Source of the DNA: Perkinsus olseni
Lineage: Eukaryota
Assembly: GCA_013115125.1 (NCBI GenBank)
Contig: JABANN010000007.1
Span: 1-64,000 of the forward strand
DNA: 64,000 bases
Direction: 5' to 3'
This document shows positions 9,787 through 22,288 of the stretch, piece after piece; position 1 is the first letter of the stretch; each line of letters starts with the position of its first letter. A program made the position numbers and the translations under genes. The notes under the pieces are model-generated. The model was not told where the DNA came from. It searched no databases and saw only the letters and a list, made by a program, of their open reading frames with translations.

Positions 9787-11032
9787 TTAAGCCCGCGTAG
9801 TGACAAATGATACGCATCGCAGCCTGAAAGGCGCTAAGTGCAGAGAGTCTTGAGAACCCGGAGATGCTACTTCTTTGTCCACACGCAGACGTGGTCCACC
9901 TGTTGTAGCATCTGCGTCATGATTCGGTTCAGCAGAATCCTCGTGAACGGGTATCTGGGGCGGAGAGTCTCAAAACTTCACAAGAGCCCAGTCAGAAGAC
10001 GCGACCGAGTCTCTACACCCTCACTTCATGAGATGACGCAGGAGTCTCCGCCGAGGGTACCGCAGGGCTTCCAACGCTGAGCGCTTCGAGGGTAGCTCGT
10101 AGAACATCAGGGTCAACGTCCAACTGCAAATACGCTTGTGACCGAAGAAGGGCATCAAGCATACTGAAGTACCAGATCTTACCTGCTGTGACGGCTCGGC
10201 TCGTGAGGAGCTCGAATGTGATCCATTTGGTGGAAGCAGCGGTAGATCGAGTGGTGAGCTCAATGGCGCAAGCTGAGAAAAAATCATGAATGCAATGAAG
10301 AGGGGAACTCGAGCAAGTCACTTGAGGTGCCGGCGCATGCTCTGGAACCCTGGGAAGCTTGAATTCCGCCGCGTCTTCACCGCTTAGTGTCGTTAAAGGC
10401 GGGCTGTCCTGGGTGAGCATTAGCGCCTACAAATAAGACTATTGACGGCCGAGTCGTACGTTATTACTCCTTCGCCCCATTCTTCATCAGTCACAGGGAC
10501 ATTCTCCAGATCAAGCATGCCACCCGCGACCTTCGGTGTGTACGTTTTGTGACAAATATTTCCCCCACTGCGGCCACTCCCTTTTCGACCACGGTTGACG
10601 TTCTGGATACCACTCCCACTCCAATCGTTCCCGGGTGATCCGCCAGACGAACGCCTCTTGCCACCCTGACACAACATATCTCATAAACAACTATGGCTAC
10701 TAGAGAGGACCCACCTGGGAGTACTTCCCTTTTCCGTGGCCCTTCCCTTTCCGGCGGCTTTCCTCATTGCGCTCGCCGAAGTGCCCCTGGCGCTGAGCAT
10801 GCTGATAATGCTCCCAGACAGGGTCCAAGGCGCCCTCGTCGGAATGATTCAATCTTCGCCTCTCCGCATAACCTCCAAAGCCACCTTCATACCCAAGAAT
10901 ATCTCCACCTTGAGCCGTGGCGGACTCAGACGCAGCCATGCGCAAGAACGCATCCACAACATGGGAGGGAGACGGTGGGCGTCGGGGGTCCCTGTCGAGC
11001 TGCTCGGAGGTGTACTGAGGTGGGGAGCTCAT
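9787..11032 (-). CDS. Hypothetical protein, multi-exon, Gly/Arg-rich N-terminal half
   Basis: Consecutive minus-strand ORFs 10700-11047, 10420-10677 and 10013-10420 can be joined by GT-AG introns; 3' end uncertain. Confidence 0.55.
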
Positions 11033-11341
11033 CCGTCTCTTAACCACATAAAGTAGCTGCGATCAAGACATATGATGCCCCGAGAGCTCCGAACATAGAC
11101 AACTCCACAACGAGGTGTAAGCGAAAGACTGAGGGCACGCTAACAGGGTTGGTATGGACATCGACTCGGGGTGTATCGCACATCAGCTGAATATATGATA
11201 TAATGAAGAAAGAAGCACGTTTCAGAGATGCTTGCACACGGCAGGCAATCACTCTGATGACGCTCCAAGTGTTAGTAAACACATACAAATCTATGGTGCT
11301 AGCCGTAAGGCAGCACCAACATGAAGAACCTCTCAAGGGCT

Positions 11342-13368
11342 CTAAAGCTGAACATCGCGAACGCCGAGGCGTTGACCCATGTCCAGCAGCTCTTCTCGGT
11401 AGTAGCCTTCCAGCTTGTCATAATCTTTCACGACATCGGGATCCACAACCATGTTCAGCATCAACTTCCCATTGTAAGACAGGACGATGACCTGACACAG
11501 AACAAGCAAGACTCCCTGAAGCACTCCCTGGCGTCTACAATATGACTAGTATTACTTGATCGATGAGGTTGGGGAATATGGGATAGATTTGGTCGACCTC
11601 CTTCCCAGCGAAACAACATGGCTGTTGGGCACCGGGAACATTAGAAAATACAACGGAGTTTCGAGCGAAGAGATCTCTGCTAGAATTCTTAGCAAAGAAT
11701 GAAGGGACGAGAGGCATCACTTTGTTGGTAATGAACATTGACGCCGGTGATAGAAGAGACCGTTTGATACGATTCATACTCGCCCCAGTGGCTAATAGTC
11801 GTGAGACGGAATCCTTCGATTTAATGGCCTGAAATCAGCACGTGGTGGGTGATAACGATGAGGTACGTCGATCATTACCGAGCTTAGGTCCACACTGCAG
11901 AATGACCAGTTGTTGCCCAGTCTATCTCCTTCAGCCGGAGGATTGGCGCCGAATTCAAGTGGAGCCGCGACTGGTATCAGCATCCTCATGATCGTCTTGT
12001 CATCCACAGCGTCTCCACCATACCTTTTCATAGCACCAACCATCGCCCCCAGTAACACGTCATTGACAGTAGCCTAACCGAAGATAACCAAGTCGAGCGC
12101 TGCAAGCAGCCGCAAAGAGAACATCATGCGTGCCACCTTCTTGGGAGAATTATTCTTGATGGCTTTGACGTAGTTCAGAGAGAACGGCTCGAAGCAAATT
12201 GACTTCCGATGTCCGCTGTATCGTAGACCACCTTTACGGTGCGCGAGAGAAGAGTTGAATCCATACTCAGACTCGAAGCACTTAGTGTTTTGAAGAGCGA
12301 AGGCGAGGGCTGAGCGTAACTGAGACTAGGCCATTACACGACAGCCGCAGCCATGATGCTGATGATGATGATGATGCCCCGATTCGACAGCACTACCCAT
12401 TCCAGTGGGTACAGCACAGCGTATATAGGCTTGGCCAAGGGATTCAGCTTCATAGGCTTCTTTTCCTTCGGATTAGTGAATGTGATGGCACTTCCGTCTA
12501 GATTCGTCGCGGTCTTCTCCAGGACTTGCACCTGAAACAATATCACGTCGAGTGGACTTAGTTGACGCATGCAATCATTTACCAGGCTGAATCCATCCCC
12601 GATAGTATGATGAGATCTGAAGAACATGCAGTCCTTCACTCCAACAGCGTCTTTGGCGGCGGGCAGCAAATGAATCCTCCACAGCGGCCTATCAGTAGGT
12701 AGTGGATGATTGATAATCTAAGTGAAGGGCAATGGTGACTGTTGTGAGCCCTGCCAAGACTAAATCCCTACCTCCTGGATCTTATCGTCTAGGGCAACAC
12801 GACTTTCCATTGGCTCGCTGATGAATATGTGGTCTGATAAGTCGATATTATCTACCGGTTTCCAGCTATGAGTCTCGACATCAGGGACACTCGAAAAACG
12901 GGTGAAGGGAAGTAACTGATGAAATAATGCGTCGCGGCACCCGTCTACATACATTGATCTTCGGCTCACCTTCTCCTCCACAACTTTCTCGATTGCTCCT
13001 CTACTAGGCATAGAGTCTTTGAAGAGGACTGCGCAGTTAATAACATTACAGGTTGGCGGGAGGTTAGCCTCCTTAGGGAAACAGTCACATTGCAACATGT
13101 GCTCTTCCATCCAGGTCATCGGCCGTGGACCAAAACCTGAGCAAACTGGGTTCAGACCCATGCGCGTGAAGGTGATACCGATCGTCGACGGCGAACTGCC
13201 TCGAAGGGCCCAACCATCACCACGACTACCTGATCTCAAGCGCATAGCCCGGCAAAACAGGCACTTCCCCACAACTGCCACGACTATAGTCACTATTGTG
13301 ATAGCCAGAAGGTAGGTATAGTCGCTGGAGAGCATCGATAATATGTAAAACAAGGAACTAAAGGCCAT
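11342..13368 (-). CDS. Wax ester synthase / diacylglycerol acyltransferase (WS/DGAT), multi-exon
   Basis: Catalytic HHxxxDG (HHTIGDG), PLWRIHLL, TVNDVLLGAM, VFSNVPG, LSYNG; N-terminal TM helix. Confidence 0.93.
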
Positions 13369-14350
13369 TCAACGTCGACTTCCAGAGCTTACGACCTACC
13401 CCTCAGCAAGCAGCAAAAACCAATCATTCTCAGGTGATATTCTTACAGGAGAGGACATCAGCCGAGCCCGCAACAGACACACATTTTTCCCTTCGTGAGT
13501 GGTTCACTTCTTGGCAACAACTAGCACAGGTAACTTGATGGGTGGAACTGATCCAGGACGATGTCCCGCACCACCACGCAGGACCCAAGGCTCCTATATT
13601 CAGAGACGAGGTTCACCCTGTTAGACAAGGGAGGAACGGAACGTCTTATACACGCTGCAGATACTAATGCCGACGAAACGGGATGGACTACTGCGCAAGG
13701 CCCAGAAAGTTACTTGGCAACAATCATTTACTGTAGCGTTATAGCAGTGCTTTAACAGCACACCTGCGACGCATTTTTCTTTCATCTTCGCGCGCGCCAC
13801 GAATTACCCCCGCGCGGGCTAAAGTCGCCCAGGGGCCAGCAGTCAGATCGCGGTGAAGGATCGGGAGGGCTGCGGGCGTTGACGTGATCGTTAACGTCAT
13901 TCTAAGTTGTTAGTGGTTTGCGAAAATTCACGCGGCGGGAGCAACTTCCGATTCTCCACGTCTGTGCGGTCCTCTCGTAAAACTCCTCAGAGTCTCCTGG
14001 GATAATTTTGATACATCTCCTGTAATCTACTCACTAATTGACTCAAACGGGTTCCGGATAAATACCTCCCAGCATGTGCGAATATTCGAGAATGATCTAC
14101 CAACAGGAAGCACGTGGTTCGACGATGAGCTAAAGTGGGCAGACCATATGATCATCATATTATGTTGTCGGTCAGCGAGGCCCGACAACAACCCTCCAAT
14201 AATCACTTTCAGATATAGAGTTCCTGACACTGCCGAATGACCACTGGCAAACCACCCGAGGGTAACGCCCCGTGGTCGGACAAATGGTTCCAACGATTGA
14301 CTAGCAGCTCGACAAGACTGATGAGTGACTGAGTGAAAAGTTCACAATAA

Positions 14351-17300
14351 TTATCGCCAAATCTTTATCAGACCATCACGACCAGCAGTAACAAGTACAT
14401 CATATTGCAAGGAGAACACACACATGTCCAGTATGGTATCCCTATGCCCATCTGCAACCTTAAGACCAAAATCGCCTCCATCGGGCGCAGGAGTATCGGC
14501 GGAACCTTGGGCACGAGCCATCGTAGAGGCTTGGGAGCCAGTCGGAGTTACGCAACGTGGATTCGACATGACCTGAACTCCTCCCAATTGCAGCGGGACC
14601 CTCGGGGACTGGTTTGAGAGCGGTACGGCGATTCCCGCCTCCTGAGGCTGCCAGTATCGGACAATGGCATCATTCCCCGCGCTGAGTAAAGTCCAAGGGC
14701 CTCCACGAGACGTAGGAATCTCCAGCATCGACCGCACTGTCAGGCTACTGGGATCCGCACACTCTTTCACTCGCTGCGTTAGTACGTCGGCACCGACTAA
14801 GAAGTTCTGTCTTGGCTGCGAGCCCATATCGGCCAAAACTGGTAGATTAATAGAGCCGGGCTGCTCGGCGGAGAGCATGAGTTTGACCGGGCGGATGTCG
14901 GCATCGAGCGAAGTGAAGTCGTACAGAGCCATCATTCCACGAGTGCCCTCAGCAAGCCAGAAAGACTTGTTCCCTCCTTGGAAGGAGTTGCACATCGCTG
15001 TGATGGGGAGTACTCCCACGCCGGCACCCTCCTGGGACAACTTATACGTTCGAGTCCGATGAGATAAGTATCGAACGTCGAACGAACGAACGAAGCCCGA
15101 CCGTGTGCCGAGGACTGTCGTCCTACCATCGGAGGAGCATAGGATACTAGTCGGCACACCCACAGGCCTATCGGGCTCAGCGACACTGAAGACGCAGCGA
15201 CCTGCTCTCACGTCGAAGCCGAATACGCTGCCGTGATGGTTAGCAGCGACCACAACGTTTTCGACGTCAGTATCGAGACTTTCGATAGCTGATATGCCAC
15301 CATCGAATAACACAGATGCCGTGCCAGTAGTAGTAGGAGCTTTGAGCGACACGACGGGCTCGTTGCCTGAGAGGAACCCCGATGCTGACTCTGCTGTGGC
15401 CTAGCAGGTTGTCTCACCAGGAGCATCCATCCGATAAACATATAGAGATGGTGAAGACCCACCCACAACTACTGATTTGCAATTACGCATGGCCTTCATC
15501 GGAAAGTTGTAATGTGATACCTCAGTCTGGTGTATCTCCTCGTCAGGAAGGGTTACTATCTTGCTACTGGTCGGCGCAATGTCCTCCTCGAGGATGTGGC
15601 CACGCCAGGCACGAAGCTGAACAGAGCGATTATGCAGCCGGTGATTTATGGTCAGCCGACATTTTAAAGGCAAAGACTCACAACACCGAAGTCTCACCGT
15701 GCCATTTCCTCCCATCGCCATGATCAAGCGGCCATCATCACTGGCATCCACTGCTACTACCTGACTTCATACTTACTCGGAGCGCTCTGGTTATTCGGAT
15801 CGAATAACAAGAAGAAGAGGCCTCAAAGAAACCGAACCTACCGGTGTCCTGTGGGCGGCACCCCTGCCGCCGGCTAGCTGCGCAGAGGAACCTAGTCCGT
15901 CCTGCGGTATTACAGCGTCGCCAAAGTCATACTCAAAGTCATAAATGGTACCAACGAGGAAGCCACCAGGCCGCCAAGCAGTAGGAGTGGCCAATGAGTA
16001 CCTGAGGCTGCTGCCGCAGTTAGAAACAGATAACCGAACCCACCCAGAAGAATCATTGGAGCCAGTCGCATTATCCATGTCTATACCACCAGCAGGCGGG
16101 ATTGATGCCGACTGCACTGAACCCACGGAGATCGAGGACCCGCTGCTCGTGCCTGTATAAAGCATAGAACGCCATCAAATGATGACCAACATCCGGGGCC
16201 CACTCACTATTGTGGTCCGCGGCAACAGGAGATGCTTCCTGAGCTACGGCACGAGCCTCTGGCTGAGATTCCGTCGCTTCTATGGTTGGGGGGTCAACTC
16301 CGGCACGACATTGCAAATGGAGCCTCTGAAGTCAACTCCACCTTGCATTGAGCTCCTCCTGACGATATTGCCTCCTCACCTGGGCCCGCACCTTCCTATG
16401 ACCATACATGCCGTAGCTTTCCGCCTCACTTCCAAGGACTCCTCGGATCTCGTTGACTATTTGTAGTTTTTTCCTACTCACATACAGCGTCTCCTGGGAC
16501 CCATCCAGGCGGTTCAATATCCCCAATGCAGGTCTAGGAGGAGGCAATAGCAGATGGCGTGCCCGCCAGTCCTTGAGAAGCTTGTTCACGTGACCCTCGA
16601 AGCCTAGCGGATCGTCAGCCTCCGCGGTAGGAGTATAGGGTAGGATGGCCGGGACGTTGGGATTAGATATGGGCACTCTGATGATCTGCATGGGGCCCGA
16701 GGTGCTCACTGGCCCTGGCTCTCCCATAGCCACACCATGAGACGCTGTGCCTCGGTAGAATTTCTTAGCTAACTCTATTCTTGCAGCCCCAATTTCATCT
16801 TGGAGAACCTCGGTAGCTTGTTGGCCAAGTACCAGGTCATACGATACAGGATAGAGACCCTCGAGATCCGCGAAACATCGCCATCCCTTAGGAAGATAGT
16901 CAGCGCCTCTGAGGTCAGCAAATGAACGCCGCCTGAGATAGACGTACCTGCATGGGAGCCATGGCCTACTGCAAATGAGGAGCCTAATGAAGGATAGCCT
17001 ACTGAAGAGCCTCCCCGATGTGTCGTTTAGTTATATTGCATAGCAAACCCTTGGCAGCAGCCTGTATGGTGACATTAGGGTGGCATAGGTACGGCACAGC
17101 AGATTCGGCGAATCTCATAACCGACTCTCGATGAACTGAGTTTGGGCCTAACAACGGTTCAACATTGTAAGCATTTCTCTAGTGTCTATTTACCTTCCTC
17201 AGGCACAGTCTTGTAGCCCTCCAGCAACTCCGTTGCTCCCATGAGAGCTGCGAGGGTAAGCCTGTCATCCCCGACTTCCTTCGATAATGTTTGAGTGAAG

Positions 17301-20300
17301 TACCTTTCAATGCACTGCTAAGAACCACGACCACACCTCAGCAGTCCTTTGACACAGGTATACGACATCTGTCTCATTCCTCCACAAAAGCTTAATATAT
17401 CATTGAAACACAGCGGAAATTCACGGCGATTGCGTAAATATGACAGCTCGCCGGGAGGATACAGAAGTTGGGAGATACTGGATAGACTGTGGATTTGATG
17501 ACGAGAGGTGCTTACGGGAGTAGAGCCACATCAGCGGCGAATGGTCCCAATACGTTGGCACACTTCGGGGCCAAACGACAGAAGGCTACTCTAACTTGAG
17601 GGTTGGGGTCATTGAGAAAACACATGAGGTAAGGGAGAGTAAGGCCTCTGTCTGGGGATTTCCCTCCGCTCTCTTCTTTGTTCTGCCTAGAGGGCTCTGG
17701 GCCAGGCGAGACGCTCTGGGCGATGATAGGCGGAACCGTGAGGGAGGATATGGGCGCATCTGAGTCAACGAGTTGCCCGAACTATGGGTTTGCTGCATTA
17801 CCCTGTGGCTCTCTGATATTCTGGTTCTGTGCCGAGTCTGGCTCTTGAGAACACGGCGGCAGTAACGCGGCAAATTCTGGTAGCGCCTGACGCTTTGTGG
17901 TAGGATGCAATCTCACTCTGTAGGCTCACTTCGAGAACCGCTAGTTTCACTGCCTCTGCCGCCCTGGGTGGTAGATGGGCGGGGTCCGGGCTGTGGGTAC
18001 TAGCTGTGCTCGAGGACACCACCCGACCTGAGGATAAGTTCCAGCATCATGCTGCTTCCGACGCCAGTGGAGTTCGACCTACTACCACTTGGAGTTCTTG
18101 CTGAGAAGTTGTTCCCTGGAGGCGCTCGTTGGAATACTTGCTGAAGATAAGTCGCCACGAAATTATGCATAGCTGTTCGGATTGCCTCGAGGCTAGTAGC
18201 CGAGTCACCGGACTGATGAGGTGTAATGGGTGAGAGCCCGTGACCACTCTTCCGCCTATTACCGGCAGTGCCGACATCTCTGCAATGGTAACGGAGAGTT
18301 CGGCCAGCTTAACAGCGGCATGAGCAGAGTAGGATAGGAGATTAGCATCCGATCTCGTGGCGATGAGTGATAGCAGCACCGGCCATAAGTAGTCCACGAA
18401 AAGGCTGTAGACGGAACCTGTCGAGCACGAACAAACAGGGGGCCTACCAGTAACTCTAGACACATGTTTGGGTTGCTCACCGGTGTCCGCTACTCCGCCG
18501 AACTGACCCGATGCGTACAGCGACTCTTCGGTATCAGCTGTGTGGGGGATACACTCGAGTGCAGCGACGAGTGAACGAAGGGCCTATCAAGAATACCACT
18601 AAAAGCGACTGCTAAGTGAGCGGCTTGCCTGTGTTCGGCACTCAGCCGTGGGCTCAGTACTCAGTGCCGCATGGCAATGGGGGACCACAAGCTCGAGCAA
18701 GGTATGACGGCTGCAGAAGGGAGCCAGGGTCTCTGAGGAGAGAAGGCGACAATGTTGATAATGCTGGCAGTGAGGACTGCGGCATACCGAGCATCATTAG
18801 TGATACCTGCCGAGCCCGAGGGTGACTGCCTGCATGCCCGGCCGATGTTATCATACCTGACGGAAACCTTTTCATCGACTGGTTACAGTGACAGGAGCTA
18901 CCTTACCGACGACAACAAAGAGGACATCCCGATCACCGTTACTGCCATCGGTGCCCTCGAGCTCTGCCTCAGGGACAATGGGTCCGGTGGGGAACAGGAG
19001 AAGCAGTAACCCTGTCATATTCCGAGACAGATGTTTTTCCCAATCAGCCAGGACCTAAATCCCATCTCAGTGGACTCAACACAGAAAAAAATGTGACAGT
19101 CCATGCACCTTCCCTCCCTGACAGTGAGCCTCTGCACTCCTCCTCCACAGTGACAGCAGCATACCATGAAAGGCCCTACAACATGAGGGCCTCAGCTGCG
19201 GATGGGGGAATGGATGGCCCTCGTCCAGGCTGCCACATGCCAGGGGATCGTAACGGGCTAAAATACGAAGTAACCGACCGCAGCATAAGCCGCGGATGGG
19301 CTACGTGTGGTGGCTTGATGCTCCCCGTTCGTTGCCTCCGGACGTTGGACATACTCTTGGTTTTGAAAGAAGGCAAACTGCTGACTCTGGGAACTTTCGT
19401 AAACCTGAGGGCCTGCCTGAGTCTTGGACTACCAGAACGGCAATAGCCTTCGCAGCCTACAGCGCTGAGAGTATTATCGTCGACGTCAGGGCAGCTCCTG
19501 GAGACCAGTTTCCTCACAGCTTCAAAAATACGACGGGCAGCCGCCGGCTCTTTGTCGATGTTGATTGAACCAATCTTCTTGAGATGCTCGAGCAGAATAT
19601 CTCGAGGTACCTGAGCACAGTGCTGATGAGTGTTGCTGCTGCTATTGATACACGGAATTACCAGCATGAGTATCAGGAAAGGTAGGTTATGCACTAGGAG
19701 ATCTATTCGCATATCAGCCGCCATGTATATTGGGTTGGATTGAATAACCACACCTATGCATCAGGAGGCAGGCCATGCACTCAACAGCGCTTGGATGCTG
19801 CTCACATAGAGGCAGTAAGGCTTCTCCAAATGCTTTAGGAAAGAGGGGGGACTCCTCACACTCATCATCACCCTCCTTATCGGGCCGCGCTATGGGCGTC
19901 ATAAGAAGAGATAATGGTAGTGGTCTCGAGGCTGGATCCAGGGACAGCAGAGATGCGACCAACTTGCGTATTCGAGGGTTCTGAAAGTAAGACAGAAGCG
20001 GTCCTTGAAAACGAAAGCCTAGATGAGACAAGCGGGATAGACCCTGAGAACCTAAACGTGGGGTCTTACATGGACGTGTTGTGTCGCCTGAGCCACATGT
20101 GCCTCAGACTCTTTATCTGGCCTTCCACCACTGCGGACCAGGGAGTGCCTAATGGGCTTTGTTAGGTAGAGTACCACAGTAGTCGGAGACAATACATTTT
20201 GAGGGTATCCGGCAGGTCGAAAATGGTGTGAGAATGGTCAGCGCTGAAGATCTCAGCAGTACAACATCCCAGACTGAAGGAGTCAAAACGCTGCTGGTTG

Positions 20301-22237
20301 CCGGAGAGAACCTGAAGGCGCGGCACCGAGTATGGACGAGCGCCAGACTCCACAAACCGAAGAGATGATTACCGGTTCTCCCGTTACGACTCCTAGGCCA
20401 CCACCACCGCTGCTGCTGCTGCTGCCATCATCGCTACAGAACCTTTCGGGCGCGATATAGCACCGGTTCCTTGCCATGTACTGGAAGGCAGGAGAAGTTA
20501 GTATAGAACGGCCTTCTCCGTTAATACTCCTCTCTGAGAAATCTCTCGGTCCATCCCAGGGAGGTCTCCACCAGGTGGAGCGATACCCGAAGCTGTGGCG
20601 AAAAACAACGAGAATACGGCACTAGCCTTTTCCCCGGCTGGTAGGGTGACGGGCTTCATGATTCCAAAGGAGCCCAGGTCGCCAAGCATAACCTGTCGGG
20701 TCCAATTATACAAAAAACGATGCCCGTTTGTTGACCTGCTCGCTTCCACCAACAATAAAGACATTTTCCGTTTTCAAGTCCCCATGAACTCGGCCAAGAG
20801 CGTGGAGTTGAGCCAGTGCACAGATGAGCTGGTATCTGCTTTGAATATGCGATGTTACCCGGGAGGAGCAGAAGGCAAAGTGGGGCGAGGCCCAATAACG
20901 TTGGGCTACGCACTAGCTCACTGCAGACAGCAAGGAGCACCAAGTCTAATGGTATCTCAACGCTCCCCTACTCACAACCAGAGCTCCTCACACGCAAGAC
21001 GGATACGGATACTCTTGACACGGCATACTATTCAGCTGCAATTATTTTCTTACAGGATCCACATTTTCATCATTTCCGTAAGTGTTGGTTGAGCAAAGAG
21101 CCGATCGGTCAATGTGTGTTGCATGTACCTGGTCGAGAGTAACCTGTGCCAGGCTCTGTACTGAGAACCACCCCGATTACTGTCGAACTATGACGGCACT
21201 AGAATCGGAAACCAGGACGTTGGAGTAGGGCAGGAGATTCGGATACAGCACTGCTTGCGCTGCGTACTCATTGCGCAAGTTGATCTGAAGAACTCGCGAG
21301 TGATGCGTCAGCATTGCCCTCGCAGTATACCAAGCTACTGTATTACTAATGACATCCTTATCGGCTCCAGGAATTGGGTCGTTATAGAATCGCCTCCTCC
21401 GCGTACTCGAGGAGGTGTGGACGCTCGGCTACTCTGATCACGTGAGTAAAACCTCCATCGACACAGGGTAGCAGGTCGTCACTCTGCGCTACTTTAGCGA
21501 GATCGCTTTCGCTGCCGAAGGTCCGCTTCAGTCCGGCGGTCGGAGATGAAGCAGATTCCCCTTCCCCGCCGAGTTGCCCAGAGGTGGGGGCCTGCGGCTG
21601 TTGCTGGACTAGTGCTGGCACGAAGAGCTTGCCAATGAACTCTACAGCTGGGGTGATCGGGGATCCGAAGAGGAATACCTGCCCAGTAGTACAGTTGACA
21701 TCAAGACTCCCTGAGAACGATATCCAAGGACGGGCGGCGCCACATAATGTAGTCATGAACAAGCTTCCTTATAGCTGGAAGCGAGGTGTCCATATGGCAC
21801 GATGACCCGTCACGACGCTATTCCCTAGTCATGCGCTTCCACTACCTTAAACAGTTTGTAGGAAGCGACATGACACTTCCTTTCCTGTGATATCTCCGGG
21901 TAGTCATTCAGATAGGAGTCTACTTGCGATAGCTTCACACTCGAAGCCGGCTCTACAACATACCCTGGATACGTAGAGTACCGTAGGCCCATGTATAGGA
22001 ATTAAAAATCTCGAAACCACTTCCAGTGAGCACTCCGAGGGGTTCACTTTGGTGGCCGCTATTAGACGTAAGACGACCCACAACTGTGGATGAGGCCTCG
22101 AGTAAGCCGCTGACACTTCAACAACACAAAAACCATTCCTATCAGCAACCAGAAAGCGATATGTCCATAACATGTTGGTCAGTCTCTCACCGAGCTGTGC
22201 TGCCACCAGTGCCATACGACGGGCCCATACTGGCCAT
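14351..22237 (-). CDS. VPS15: VPS15/PIK3R4 class III PI3K regulatory subunit (kinase-like, HEAT, WD40), many exons; 5' end uncertain
   Basis: YPNLLPY, LTDRLFAQPTL, KPVTLP..FSLFF, CYIAPERF, DSFSLGC; C-terminal WD40 GHRDTILD..TAGRDGLIKIWR. Confidence 0.85.
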
Positions 22238-22288
22238 CTCTTGATGCTTCTGTACCTATACATTTGAACTGTCAGCGAAGGTGTGGTA

